This document shows positions 1-10,500 of a stretch of 37,905 bases of DNA, piece after piece; within the stretch, counting starts at the first letter, position 1; the number at the start of each line of letters is the position of its first letter. Both the position numbers and the translations under genes were made by a program. This DNA comes from Candidatus Ventricola gallistercoris. GTDB taxonomy: Bacteria > Bacillota > Clostridia > Christensenellales > Aristaeellaceae. The notes beneath the pieces are model-generated. The model was given only the letters and a program-made list of their open reading frames with translations, did not search any database and was not told the origin of the DNA. Location: contig DVJV01000091.1 in assembly GCA_018716525.1 (NCBI GenBank), positions 1 to 37,905 of the forward strand, read 5' to 3'.

Positions 1-15
1 AAGGAGACGAAGCAC

Positions 16-2280
16 ATGGTCAAATTGTACGATGGCGGCATTTACCTGGTGGACGGCAAGGACATCTACACCGACGCGGCGCAGATGCAGGCGCAGACGG
101 GCCTGAGCGCCAGCAAGGAGCAGGCCGAGCAGGGCACGATCGCCTATGGCATTTTGAAGGCGCACAACGAAAGCGGGGATATGAAGAACCTGCGCATGCG
201 CTTTGACAGCCTGACCAGCCACGACATCACGTACGTGGGCATCATCCAGACGGCGCGCGCGTCGGGCATGAAGGCGTTCCCGATGCCGTATGTGCTCACC
301 AACTGCCACAACAGCCTGTGCGCGGTGGGCGGCACGATCAATGAGGATGACCACATGTTTGCGCTGTCGGCGGCGCACAAGTACGGCGGCATCTATGTGC
401 CCACGAACATGGCGGTCATTCACAGCTACAACCGCGAGATGATGTCCGGCTGCGGGCGCATGATCCTGGGCTCGGACAGCCACACGCGCTATGGCGCGCT
501 GGGCACGCTGGCGGTGGGCGAAGGCGGCGGCGAGCTGGCCAAGCAGCTGGTGGGCCGCACCTATGACGTGACGCGTCCGGGCGTTGTGGCCATCTACCTG
601 ACGGGCAAGCCGCAGCCGGGCGTGGGCCCGCAGGACGTGGCGCTCTCGATCATCGGCGCGGTGTACGCCAAGGGCTATGTCAAGAACAAGGTGATGGAGT
701 TTGTGGGCCCGGGCGTCTCGAGCCTGCCCATCGAGTACCGCAACGGCATCGACGTGATGACCACCGAGACGACGTGCTGGTCCTCCATCTGGGTGACGGA
801 CCAGGCGACGAAGGACTACCTGACCATTCACGGCCGCCCCGAGGCATACAAGGAGCTCAAGCCCGCGCAGGTGGCCTACTACGACGGGTGCGTGTACGTG
901 GATCTTTCCACGGTGGAGTGCACCATCGCCCTGCCGATGCACCCGAGCTACACCTACACGATTGCCGAGCTCAAGGCGAACGCCAAGGACATTCTGCACG
1001 AGTGCGAGAAAAAGGCGAACGAGCAGATCACCGGCGCGACGCTCGATTTGGTGTCCAAGGTGCACGACGGCGGCATCTGGGTCGACCAGGGCCTTGTGGC
1101 GGGCTGCTCGGGCGGCACGTTTGACAACGTGTGCGCGGTGGCGGACATCCTGCGCGGGCACAGCTGCGGCAACGGCACGTTCAAGATGAGCGTATACCCG
1201 GGCAGCATGCCGGCCTACATCCAGCTGATGAAGAACGGCGCGCTGACGGACATCGCCTCCGCGGGCGCGATCATCCGCGAGTGCTTCTGCGGGCCGTGCT
1301 TCGGCGCGGGCGATACCCCGGCCAACGGCGAATTCTCTATCCGCCACACGACGCGCAACTTCCCCAACCGCGAGGGCTCCAAGCCCGGCGAGGGCCAGAT
1401 GGCGGGCGTGGCGCTCATGGACGCGCGCTCCATCGCGGCCACGGCGATCAACGGCGGCAAGCTGACCGCGGCCACCGAGCTCGATGTGGATTACACCACG
1501 CCCAAGTACTTCTTTGACAAGAGCGTGTACGACAAGCGCGTGTACAACGGCTACGGCAAGCCCGAACCGGAGCACGAATTGAAGATGGGCCCGAACATCA
1601 AGGACTGGCCGGAGCAGCCGGCGCTGTCGGAGGATCTGCTCGTGAAGGTGGTCTCCTACATCACCGACCCGGTGACGACGACCGACGAGCTGATCCCCTC
1701 GGGCGAGACGAGCTCCTACCGCTCCAATCCGCTGCGCCTGGCGGAGTTTGCCCTCAGCCGCAAGGACCCGGCCTACGTGGGCCGCGCCAAGGCGGTGCAG
1801 AAGATCGAGGTGGAGCGCGAGCAGGGCAAGCCGCTGCCTGAGGAAATCATGGCCGTGTATGCCGCGCTGAAGGCGCACATGCCGGTCGATCCGCAGAACA
1901 CGGTCATCGGCTCCACGATCTACGCCAACAAGCCGGGCGACGGCTCGGCCCGCGAGCAGGCGGCCAGCTGCCAGCGCGTGCTGGGCGCATGCGCGAACCT
2001 CGCGCGCGAGTACGCGACCAAGCGCTACCGCTCCAACTGCATCAACTGGGGCATGGCGCCGCTGCTGGTGACCGATCCCGATGCGTTTGCGCTGGGCGAC
2101 TATGTGTTCGTGCCGGGCATCCGCAAAGCGATCCTGGAAGGCACGGAGAGCTTTGACGCCTACGTCGTCAAGCCCGACGGCGCGGTGAGCAAGATCGCCG
2201 TTTCCACCGGCTACCTCACCCCGGACGAGCGCCAGATCATTGCCGACGGCTGCCTGATCAACTACTACCGCAACCACTGA
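16..2280 (+). CDS. Aconitase-family hydratase (aconitate hydratase-like), 754 aa
   Basis: AAGGAG at 1-6 precedes the ATG at 16. GSDSHT motif and Cys-containing segments (GCSGGTFDN, CFCGPCFGAGD) are typical of the aconitase Fe-S catalytic domains. Followed by an intrinsic terminator. Confidence 0.85.
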   Translation: MVKLYDGGIYLVDGKDIYTDAAQMQAQTGLSASKEQAEQGTIAYGILKAHNESGDMKNLRMRFDSLTSHDITYVGIIQTARASGMKAFPMPYVLTNCHNSLCAVGGTINEDDHMFALSAAHKYGGIYVPTNMAVIHSYNREMMSGCGRMILGSDSHTRYGALGTLAVGEGGGELAKQLVGRTYDVTRPGVVAIYLTGKPQPGVGPQDVALSIIGAVYAKGYVKNKVMEFVGPGVSSLPIEYRNGIDVMTTETTCWSSIWVTDQATKDYLTIHGRPEAYKELKPAQVAYYDGCVYVDLSTVECTIALPMHPSYTYTIAELKANAKDILHECEKKANEQITGATLDLVSKVHDGGIWVDQGLVAGCSGGTFDNVCAVADILRGHSCGNGTFKMSVYPGSMPAYIQLMKNGALTDIASAGAIIRECFCGPCFGAGDTPANGEFSIRHTTRNFPNREGSKPGEGQMAGVALMDARSIAATAINGGKLTAATELDVDYTTPKYFFDKSVYDKRVYNGYGKPEPEHELKMGPNIKDWPEQPALSEDLLVKVVSYITDPVTTTDELIPSGETSSYRSNPLRLAEFALSRKDPAYVGRAKAVQKIEVEREQGKPLPEEIMAVYAALKAHMPVDPQNTVIGSTIYANKPGDGSAREQAASCQRVLGACANLAREYATKRYRSNCINWGMAPLLVTDPDAFALGDYVFVPGIRKAILEGTESFDAYVVKPDGAVSKIAVSTGYLTPDERQIIADGCLINYYRNH

Positions 2281-2298
2281 TCTGCCCCATCCCACGCG

Positions 2299-2335
2299 GC
2301 GGCGCTCTCCGTCAAGGGGAGCGCCGCTCTTTTTG
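2299..2335 (+). terminator. Rho-independent terminator after the aconitase-family gene
   Basis: 12-bp stem 2299-2310 / 2316-2327 (one G-U), 5-nt loop, then TCTTTTT. Confidence 0.7.
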
Positions 2336-2400
2336 AAGACATACCCTGGCCTAACCTCCTCGCGTATGCGCACATCCATGACACCAAAGGAGATACATGT

Positions 2401-2976
2401 ATGAAGCAGCGCATCCGGGACATCGCCGTCCTTTTTTGTGAATTTCTCCAGTTTGGCCTGTTCACGTTCGGCGGAGGATGGAGCATCATCGCACAGATGC
2501 AAAAGCTCTACGTGGAGCAAAAGCACGTCATCACCAGCGAAGAGCTCCTGGACCTGACCAGCGTGGGCCGCAGCCTGCCGGGCACCATGATCGGCAACGT
2601 CGCCGTGCTCTATGGTTACCGCGTCTATGGTATCGCGGGCGCGCTGGCGGCCCTCTTTGGCATGGTGATCCCCCCGATGGCCGTGCTCTCGATCATCACC
2701 CTGTTTTACACCCTGTTTCAGCAGAATCCCTGGGTCGCCGCCGCCATGGCCGGCGTGCGCACCGCCGTGGTGCCCATCATGCTCAGCGCCGTGCTGGCCA
2801 TGCTCAAGAGCGCATTCCGCTTCCCGCCCTGCTATGCTGTTGCCCTGGTGACGCTGGTGCTCTATCTGTTCTTCAATGTCAACTGCGTCTATCTGGTGCT
2901 CGTCGGCGTGGTGTGCGGCGTCGTCATCGCAGAATACTACGAGCGGAAGGGGGATGCAAATCATGGTGCTCATTGA
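2401..2976 (+). CDS. Chromate transporter (ChrA family), first half-size subunit
   Basis: AAGGAGA RBS upstream. N-terminal FGLFTFGGGWSIIAQMQ motif and a hydrophobic multi-TM body are typical of short-chain CHR proteins. Confidence 0.8.
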   Translation: MKQRIRDIAVLFCEFLQFGLFTFGGGWSIIAQMQKLYVEQKHVITSEELLDLTSVGRSLPGTMIGNVAVLYGYRVYGIAGALAALFGMVIPPMAVLSIITLFYTLFQQNPWVAAAMAGVRTAVVPIMLSAVLAMLKSAFRFPPCYAVALVTLVLYLFFNVNCVYLVLVGVVCGVVIAEYYERKGDANHGAH

Positions 2977-3508
2977 TCTGTTCATCAGCTTTCTGAAGAT
3001 CGGTTTCACCAGCTTCGGCGGTCTGTCCATGATCCCGCTGATCACGTCCGAAATGACCGTGCATCAGTGGATGACGGCCGCGGAGGTCTCCGATATCGTC
3101 GCTATCGCCGAGATGACCCCCGGCCCCCTCGGCCTCAACTGCGCGACATTTGCCGGCCTTCGCACCGCGGGGCTTCTGGGCGCCATCGCGGCCAACCTCG
3201 GCGCGCTCATGCCCGCCTTTACGCTGACCATGCTGGCGGCGGTCTTCTTTGAGAAGTTTCGCAAGAGCCATGTCATGCTCGATGTGCTCACCGGCGTGCG
3301 CCCGGCCTGCGTGGGCATGATCTTCGGCGTGCTCCTCTCCCTGTGCGGCAGCAACTATGCGCCCGGCGGCTCCATCAGCCTGATCTCCATCGCCATGGGC
3401 GTGGGCGATTTCGTGCTGCTCACCCGCTACAAGGTCAGCATTCCCAAGGTCATCTGCCTGAGCGCGGCGGTGGGCCTGCTGCTCTTTGGCGTGCTGGGCC
3501 TTTCCTGA
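2954..3508 (+). CDS. Chromate transporter (ChrA family), second half-size subunit
   Basis: The track ORF starts at 2876. An internal ATG at 2954 follows GGAAGGGGG and gives MQIMVLIDLFISFLKIGFTSFGGLSMIPLI, the second CHR signature. It overlaps the upstream stop, the usual paired-gene layout. Confidence 0.8.
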   Translation: MQIMVLIDLFISFLKIGFTSFGGLSMIPLITSEMTVHQWMTAAEVSDIVAIAEMTPGPLGLNCATFAGLRTAGLLGAIAANLGALMPAFTLTMLAAVFFEKFRKSHVMLDVLTGVRPACVGMIFGVLLSLCGSNYAPGGSISLISIAMGVGDFVLLTRYKVSIPKVICLSAAVGLLLFGVLGLS

Positions 3509-3547
3509 TCGTCTGCGGCAACGCAAAGGGCAATAAATGCAAAAGAA

Positions 3548-3596
3548 GGCTGTGTGCCGGCTCCGGAAGGAGCCGGCACACAGCCGTTTTGTTTTT
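3548..3596. terminator. Strong hairpin terminator between convergent genes
   Basis: Perfect 17-bp stem GGCTGTGTGCCGGCTCC / GGAGCCGGCACACAGCC with a GGAA loop. A-run upstream and GTTTTGTTTTT downstream. Confidence 0.8.
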
Positions 3597-3659
3597 CCGG
3601 GTTCAAACGGGTGTGGGCACAAAGCGGCTTGTCGGTCCCAAAGCCGCATCCCCCGCCCG

Positions 3660-4136
3660 TCACTTCACCCGCACGCGCGTGTTTCCATCGGTCAGGTACA
3701 TCACATCGGGGTAGCTTTCCAGCGCGTTGAACACGAAGAAGACCTCCTTCGCCCCCGCGTCCGTCATGCCCAGCGCGCCCTGCATGGCGCGCTCCAGCCT
3801 GCGGCCTTCGCCGTCGGTCAGATAGGCCCGGCGCGCCCAGCGCGCGTTGACCGCCGCCGCGCTCCACAGCTCATCCACCTCAAACAGCCCCGCCGCCTGC
3901 CGCTTGTCTTCCTTTCGCTGCGCGGCAAGCGCCTCCGGCTTGGGCTGCATGGTCACACACAGGTACAGCCTCACCGATCCGTAGAGCACATGCACGCCCG
4001 ATGCGATGCTCTCGCCCAGGTCACAAAGCGCCCGCATGGTCGCGGTGGTGCTTTTCTTTACCTCTCTCCGCCGGGTTTCCATCTTCGGCGCTGGAGCAAA
4101 CAGGCGGCTGAGGCCCATCGTTGCAAGCATCGACAT
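3660..4136 (-). CDS. Hypothetical protein, 158 aa, no family recognised
   Basis: ORF with a GGAGGGAA-type RBS just upstream on the minus strand (plus-strand TTCCCTCC at 4141-4148). Non-repetitive composition; bounded by the 3548-3596 terminator. Confidence 0.5.
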   Translation of the reverse strand: MSMLATMGLSRLFAPAPKMETRRREVKKSTTATMRALCDLGESIASGVHVLYGSVRLYLCVTMQPKPEALAAQRKEDKRQAAGLFEVDELWSAAAVNARWARRAYLTDGEGRRLERAMQGALGMTDAGAKEVFFVFNALESYPDVMYLTDGNTRVRVK

Positions 4137-4169
4137 CAGGTTCCCTCCTTCAGGCAGACCGTGCGGATT

Positions 4170-4197
4170 TTGACAGTTCTGCCAAATTTGTTACGAT
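4170..4197 (+). promoter_or_regulatory. Candidate sigma-A promoter for the DUF3048 gene (long leader)
   Basis: TTGACA at 4170-4175, 16-nt spacer, TACGAT at 4192-4197, inside an AT-rich intergenic region. Confidence 0.35.
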
Positions 4198-4429
4198 TTG
4201 TTGATCTATCTATTTCATTAGACGCAAAAGAGGCGGGAAAATTTACCACTATGTATCAAATTTGTAAAAATTACAAATCTTTCCTTCCGCACCCCTTTTT
4301 TCCCAGTTGCGCGCAAGAATGTCCCCGTATTTTGCGTCTAATAAAATATACAGGTGTATGGCACATCTGATGCTACACAGGATGATCATATACAAGATCT
4401 ATCACCCGAGAAAGAGGAGGCAATCGGAT

Positions 4430-6397
4430 ATGACAAAATCGTCCTTCAGATTCCTGGCAGTCTGTGCGCTCGTTTTGGCGTGCATTGCGCCGTCATGGGC
4501 GCTCGCGGCGGATTTTTCCGCCAGCGGCCTGACGGTCAGCGGAACGGCGCAGCAGCTCGGCGCGCCGGCTTCCTATGGCGGAGACAGCATCACCGTGCAA
4601 ATGCCCGGCGAAAACCCCGTGATCAGCGGCGTCAACCCCATCACGGGCGAGGCGTTCTCCGGCGAATACCGCGTGACGCTCGCCAACATCGACGCGCACC
4701 CCAACGCGCTGCCGCACTGGGGCGTGGCGTCGGCCGATCTGATGTATGAAATGCCCATCCAGGCGGATGGCTCCACGCGCTCGCTGGCGCTGTTCATGAG
4801 CGAATACCCCGAATCCGCCGGCCCGATCCGCTCGGCGCGCGTGGCGATGTGCTCCCTGCGCGAGATGTGGGGCGGCACCTACTGCTTCTATGGCTACCAG
4901 GGCGGTCGGGACAGCAACAACGTGCTTGAGTGGGTCAAGGCCAACAGCGCCGAGGGAACGATGTCCTATCCGGCCTACCTCAACGGCATGACCAAGTATT
5001 CGGACTGGTTCCCGCGCTCCAACGACAGCAATCATGTGGCGCCCTACAACGTGCGCATGAACCTGACCGAGGTCTACAACAATTACAGCCTGACGCCCAC
5101 GCCGCACCCGTTCCTGTTTTCGGATACGGGCCTGGAGCGCGGCGAGGATGTCAACGGCATCGTCATCAGCTACAAGCAGACGTCCCCGGCCTACGTCACC
5201 GCCTACCAGTACAACGACGCGACGGGCCTGTATGACCGCTACCGCAACGGCGCGCCCTACGTCGACGCGCTGACGGGCGAGCAGTGCTCCTATGCCAATG
5301 TGCTGGTCATCCGCACGGATATTTCCTGGGCCAGCGGCAACCCGTCCCGCCCCGTGATCCGGCTCAACGGTCAGGGCGTGTGCGAGATCTTCCAAAATGG
5401 CCGGTATATCCGCGGCACATGGGCGCGCGATTGCACCGCGACCGATAACCTGCAAAACCGCATGGTCTTCTTCGACGAGAACGGCCAGGAGCTGACCATG
5501 AAGACCGGCAAGACCTTCATCCAGATTGTGGACAACGAGCAGCCCGTGGTCGTGCTGGCGGATGGCGCGATCGCCGGCGCGGTGGAGCCCCAGGAGCAGC
5601 GGCTGACCATCGGCGGCGGCGTCGTCAATACGACGGTGAGCACGCCGCGGCCGACCCGTACCCCCAAGGCCACCAGCACCCCCACGCCGAGTCCCACGCC
5701 GGAAGTGACGCCTACCCCCACGCCGGAAGTAACGCCGGAACCCACGCCCACCCCGGATGCCTCGCAGACCGATGCGAGCGGCAACGCAGGCGAACAGACG
5801 CCGCCTGCCACCGAGGGAGGCGCTGAGGGCGGCGCCGAAGGCGGTACGACGGAAGGCGGCACCACCGAAGGCGGCGATCAGGGCGCCGGCGCGGGCACGG
5901 ATGGCCAGACGCCGCCCGCCACGGGAGACGGAAGCGGCACGGGTTCCGAAGGCCAGACGCCGCCCGCCACGGGAGAAGGAAGCGGCTCGGGTACGGATGG
6001 CCAGATCCCGCCTACGACGGGAGACGGTCAGGGAACCGATACGGGCGCTGAGGGCCAGAACCCGCCTGCAACGGATACCGGAAACCAGGGCGGCGGCGAT
6101 GTCGTGGATGGCGGCGGCAGTGCAGAGGGCGGCACGCAGGGCGAACAGACGCCGCCCGCCACGGACAGCGGCAGCCAGGACACGGGCAGCCAGAATACGC
6201 CCGCTGAAGATGACGGACAGGCGTCCACCAGCACAGACAACGGCCAGGGCGGCGGCGATGCCGTGGACGGCGGCCAGCCTGCTTCGGATGCCGGCGGCGA
6301 TGCGGCCCAGTCTGCTCCCCAGAGCGATCCGGCTCAGCCGGCAGACGCAAGCCAGCCCGCCGGGCAGGCTGAGGGCGAGCCGGAAGGCCAGGCATAA
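4430..6397 (+). CDS. Secreted DUF3048 (YerB-like) protein with ~250-aa Pro/Thr/Gly/Glu low-complexity C-terminal tail
   Basis: The track ORF starts at 4307, but the ATG at 4430 follows AGAGGAGG and opens a signal peptide (MTKSSFRFLAVCALVLACIAPSWALA). The core (HWGVASADLMYEMPIQADGSTRSLALF ... IRSARV) resembles DUF3048. The tail runs from about 5637. Confidence 0.8.
   Translation: MTKSSFRFLAVCALVLACIAPSWALAADFSASGLTVSGTAQQLGAPASYGGDSITVQMPGENPVISGVNPITGEAFSGEYRVTLANIDAHPNALPHWGVASADLMYEMPIQADGSTRSLALFMSEYPESAGPIRSARVAMCSLREMWGGTYCFYGYQGGRDSNNVLEWVKANSAEGTMSYPAYLNGMTKYSDWFPRSNDSNHVAPYNVRMNLTEVYNNYSLTPTPHPFLFSDTGLERGEDVNGIVISYKQTSPAYVTAYQYNDATGLYDRYRNGAPYVDALTGEQCSYANVLVIRTDISWASGNPSRPVIRLNGQGVCEIFQNGRYIRGTWARDCTATDNLQNRMVFFDENGQELTMKTGKTFIQIVDNEQPVVVLADGAIAGAVEPQEQRLTIGGGVVNTTVSTPRPTRTPKATSTPTPSPTPEVTPTPTPEVTPEPTPTPDASQTDASGNAGEQTPPATEGGAEGGAEGGTTEGGTTEGGDQGAGAGTDGQTPPATGDGSGTGSEGQTPPATGEGSGSGTDGQIPPTTGDGQGTDTGAEGQNPPATDTGNQGGGDVVDGGGSAEGGTQGEQTPPATDSGSQDTGSQNTPAEDDGQASTSTDNGQGGGDAVDGGQPASDAGGDAAQSAPQSDPAQPADASQPAGQAEGEPEGQA
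5787..6170 (+). repeat. In-frame imperfect tandem repeats inside the DUF3048 tail
   Basis: 48-nt units start at 5903 and 5951, a 54-nt unit at 5999 and a further unit at 6053. Each encodes GQ(T/I/N)PP(A/T)TG(D/E)GSG-like peptides. The CAGACGCCGCC(C/T)GCCAC core recurs near 5791 and 6145. Confidence 0.7.
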
Positions 6398-6501
6398 TCA
6401 AACCTATTGGGGCGGTGCATGCATGCCATGCATCGCCCTGCAATGCGCCGGAGCGACAAACGAACGGAGGATGCAAAACCGGTAGAGAATGAGGTGATTG
6501 G

Positions 6502-7311
6502 ATGAAAAGCAACAAGGGCATTGAAAAGTGGTTCAGCCTGCTGGCGTTTCTGCTTTCCTGTCTGGTGCCACTCGCGTGCATCGCGGATGATTCCGCGACC
6601 ACCATGCCGCGCACACAGCTGGAGCGGGAGGCGCGGGAAGGGCTGTTGGTTCCGCTCGATCCGCTTGACAGCGCCACCGACGCGGTGGTAGACGGCGTCG
6701 TATATGGCTACGGCATAAAGCAATACCGAACTTTTTTTGAAGTGGGAGACGCCGCCTTGTTTGAGACCGTGGGGCTGACCGCACCGCAGGGCACGATCAC
6801 ATGGGAAGCGCTTGTGAATATGGCCGGCGCCGTGGAGGAATACAATCAGGGGAGCGAAGAGAAGATCTTCCTGCTGAAAACGCTGGCCCGGCGGTTCCCG
6901 GAAAGATGCGCGCTGATGGCACAGAGCGATATCAAGGCGCAGTGGGACGCGATAAAGTCCGTCGTCATCACAGAGGGACAGAATGCGGGCAGCGCGTTGC
7001 TGACCGAGTGCGTCCTGGGCATTGAATCCGTCGGCAATGGCGCATACGTCGCGGGCATTGAGAACGACGGCGAGGTCTATGCGCTTTCCGCGCCGGAGAT
7101 GCGGTATGCAGCCGTGCGCAAGGATGCAGAAAACCCAGAGGCCGCCTTGGCGGAGCTGCTGCAAGAGGTAAAGGAAGCCGCGCCTGCAAGGACGGGCATC
7201 ATCCCAGCGGAAATGACGTATGAACAGTTCCTTTCCGATTGGTCCGTGAGCATGGCCGCGCCCAGCGAGACCAACTTTGAGCTTTTTAAACAGGCGGGCG
7301 AATGGCTGTGA
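6502..7311 (+). CDS. Secreted hypothetical protein, 269 aa
   Basis: GAGGTGA RBS 5 nt upstream. N-terminal signal peptide (WFSLLAFLLSCLVPLACIADD). No family recognised. Followed by a terminator. Confidence 0.6.
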   Translation: MKSNKGIEKWFSLLAFLLSCLVPLACIADDSATTMPRTQLEREAREGLLVPLDPLDSATDAVVDGVVYGYGIKQYRTFFEVGDAALFETVGLTAPQGTITWEALVNMAGAVEEYNQGSEEKIFLLKTLARRFPERCALMAQSDIKAQWDAIKSVVITEGQNAGSALLTECVLGIESVGNGAYVAGIENDGEVYALSAPEMRYAAVRKDAENPEAALAELLQEVKEAAPARTGIIPAEMTYEQFLSDWSVSMAAPSETNFELFKQAGEWL

Positions 7312-7374
7312 TGCGCCGCAGCTGGGCGCTGTGCGCGCCTGAAACCTGCGCGCAAAGCCGAATCCATATCACGA

Positions 7375-7410
7375 AAAAAGCCGCTTTGCAGCGATGCAAA
7401 GCGGCTTTTT
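7375..7410. terminator. Rho-independent terminator
   Basis: AAAAAGCCGCTTTGCA / TGCAAAGCGGCTTTTT perfect stem with a GCGA loop, flanked by A- and T-runs. Confidence 0.8.
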
Positions 7411-7544
7411 GGCGCGCTTCCCTCCCTTTTATTCTGCTGTTTGCCGGTTGTCCGGCAGGAATTGCGCGGCGGGCGGCGAATGATTGAAAAGTTACCCATC
7501 CGTGCCGCGCACGCATGGGATTCGTTTTGGAACGGAGAGGTTTT

Positions 7545-10500
7545 GTGGCAGAAGAATTGGATTTGCTCAGGCGCATCACGCCTCAGGAGGAATATCAGGC
7601 CGGGCAGGCGATCTACCAGAGCGGCGGTGTGCACCCCATCGAGGAGGAAAACGGCATGCTGCGCTACGCGGTGGATGGCGACCCGCGGCGCGTGGTGCGC
7701 GTGGGTTCGGGGGCAAAGCTGAGCGGGCGGTGCACGTGCGACTTTTTTTGCAATGTGCACAGGCCGTGCCGGCACCTGGCGGCGGCGATCATGGCGGCGG
7801 TTTCCACCGGGGCGATCGAGGAGATGCGCAGGCGGCGCGCGCGGGAGAACGCGGGCGCGCTCATGGGCGCGCTGCGGGGCGCACTGCCTGCCGAAGAGCC
7901 TGTGAATATGGAGCTGACGCTGCAGCTGCTGGGCGAGCGCGGGGATGTGCGCGTGAGCCTGCGGGTCGGGCAGGAGCGGCTGTACGTGGTCAAGTCGATG
8001 GCGCAGTTTCTGCGGGCGATGCGGGAGAAGACGCGCCTGGCCTTTGGCAAGGGCTTTGTGCTCGAGCCGGAGTGGATGGGCTTTGACGGCGTGGATGAAC
8101 GGATTTTATCGCTCCTGCAGGATGCGGCGTACGTCAGCGACCTGGAAGGGCATCTGGTGCTCACAGGCCTTGAGGCCAAATACCTGACGCTGCCGGAGCG
8201 CTTTGTGCCCAGGCTCATGCACCTGCTGCGGGATAAGCCGTTTCGGGTCTCGCTGGGCGAGGAGACGCACAGCGTGACGGGCGTGTTCGACGGGCAGGTG
8301 GAGCTGCTCTTTGCGGTGTATGCCAGCGGACGGGAGCTGGAGGTGCGCGCGCAGATGCCCAGGACGATGCGCCCGCTGGATGAACGGTGCGCGTATGTCT
8401 ACTGCGAGGGGGATGTGCTGCACCTGCCTCCGTCGCAGCGGGAGATCGTGCGGGTGCTCATGCAGGCGGGCAGCGATGCGCAGGCGGCATTCCGGTTTGA
8501 CGCGGCGCAGAGCGCGCGGGTGATCTCGGAGCTGCTGCCGGCGCTGGAGCAGGCGGGCTCGGTGACGATAGACGGCGCGCTGGCGGAGCGGATCGTGCGC
8601 AAGCCGTTGCAGGTGAGGGCGTACTTTGACCGCGAGGAGCGCATGGTGCTGTGCCGGATGACGTTTGTCTATGGCGATGAGGAGATCGATCCCTTTGCCC
8701 CGGCGCCCGGCGTGCAGACCGGGGAGGACCGCATGCTGATGCTGCGCGACGCGGCCGCGGAGCGCAAGGCGCTCGACCAGCTGGCCGCCTCCGGGTTTCG
8801 CATGCAGCGGGGGCGCGTGGTGCTCAGCGGGCAGGATGCGGTCTACCGGTTTTTGACGGAGGGCATCTACCGCCTGCAGGAGACGGCGGAGGTCTACTGC
8901 TCGGATGAGTTCCGGAAGATGACGCCCAGAAAGCCGCATTTCACGGGCACGCTGCGGATGCAGGATGGCACGCTGCGGCTGCAAATGCGGCAGGATGGCG
9001 AGCCCTCCGAGGAGATTGTGAACATCCTGCGGGCGTTGCGCGACCGCAAGCGGTATTTCCGCCTGCGGGATGGCACCTTCCTGGATCTGACGGATATGGA
9101 AGAGTGGCGCGAGCTGGCGGAGGCGGCGGTCGGCGCGGACAACGGGCGCGACGAGGATGCCGACGGCATATCGCCGTTTGGCCGCGGCATCGTGGAGGTG
9201 GCCTCCTACCGGGCGGCGTACATGGTCAGCCTGCTTGAGGGCAGCAGCCTGCCGGTGACGGCGGATGACGGGGTCAAGCAGATGGTCTCCAGCCTGCAAA
9301 CGGATGGGGAGCCGTGCCCCGAGCCGCTGGGAAGCATGCTCAGGCCGTACCAGATGCGGGGCTTCATGTGGATGCAGGCGCTCGACAGGCTGCACATGGG
9401 CGGCGTGCTGGCCGACGACATGGGCCTGGGCAAGACGCTGCAGGTCATCGCGCTGCTGCTGTGGGCCCAGAGCGACAAGCGGGAGGACCGCGCGTCCATC
9501 GTCGTGGCGCCCACGTCGCTGGTGTACAACTGGCTTTCGGAGATCGGCCGCTTCGCGCCTTCGCTGCGCGTGGCCGTGGCCGAGGGCAGCCAGAACCAGC
9601 GCGTGCAGGGCATCGCCAGGCTGTGCGGCCCCCAGCGCGATGTGGATGTGTACCTGACCAGCTACCCGCTCATCCGGCGGGACATCGGGCACCTTTCAAA
9701 CGTGCCCTTCCGCTTTGCGATTCTCGACGAGGCGCAGTACATCAAAAACGCCATGAGCGTGGGCGCCGGGGCTGTCAAGCAGCTCAAGGCGCAGACGCGC
9801 TTTGCGCTCACCGGCACGCCCATGGAAAACCACCCGGGCGAGCTGTGGTCGATCTTTGACTTTGTGCTGCCGGGGTATCTGCTCTCGTTTGCGCAGTTCA
9901 TGCACCGCTTTGGCTATGGCGAGGAGAGCGACGTGCTGCGCAGGCGCATCAGGCCGTTCCTGCTGCGCCGCCTCAAGGGCGACGTGCTGCGCGAGCTGCC
10001 CGACAAGGTGGAGGTGCAGATGTTCGCGGACATGACCGAGGAGCAGCGCCGCGTCTACCGGGCGAGCCTGCTTCGCCTGCGCCCGCAGGTGGAGAGCGCG
10101 GGAACCAGCCACGTGGAAATGCTCGCGGCCATCACCGAGCTGCGGCAGATCTGCGGCCACCCCTCGCTGGTGCTCAAGGATTACGCGGCATCCAGCGGCA
10201 AGCTCGACATGCTGCTGGATATCCTGCCCGGCGCGCTGGAGGCGGGCCACCGCGCGCTGATCTTCTCGCAATTCACCCGGATGCTGCGCATCATCCGCCG
10301 GCGGCTGGAGGCCGTGGGCATCGAGTGCCTGTATCTGGATGGCGATACCCCGCCCAAGCGCCGCATGGAGATGGTGGAGCAGTTCAACGGCGGGCAGGGC
10401 CAGGTGTTTCTGATCTCGCTGAAGGCGGGCGGCTCGGGCCTCAACCTGGTGGGCGCGGACACGGTCATCCACTTCGACCCGTGGTGGAATCCCGCGGCGG

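Noticed and set aside
4307-4429. N-terminal extension of the DUF3048 ORF, and similar track extensions at 2876, 10739, 12096, 19754, 20397, 24775, 25391, 27858 and 32739
   Set aside because: The extensions have no RBS, run through promoters, terminators or upstream genes, and precede internal starts that have good RBSs and family-typical N-termini.
5787-6170. Regularly spaced repeats that might suggest a CRISPR array
   Set aside because: The repeats are contiguous with no unique spacers, are multiples of 3 nt, and are in frame within a long ORF. They are a coding tandem repeat, not CRISPR.
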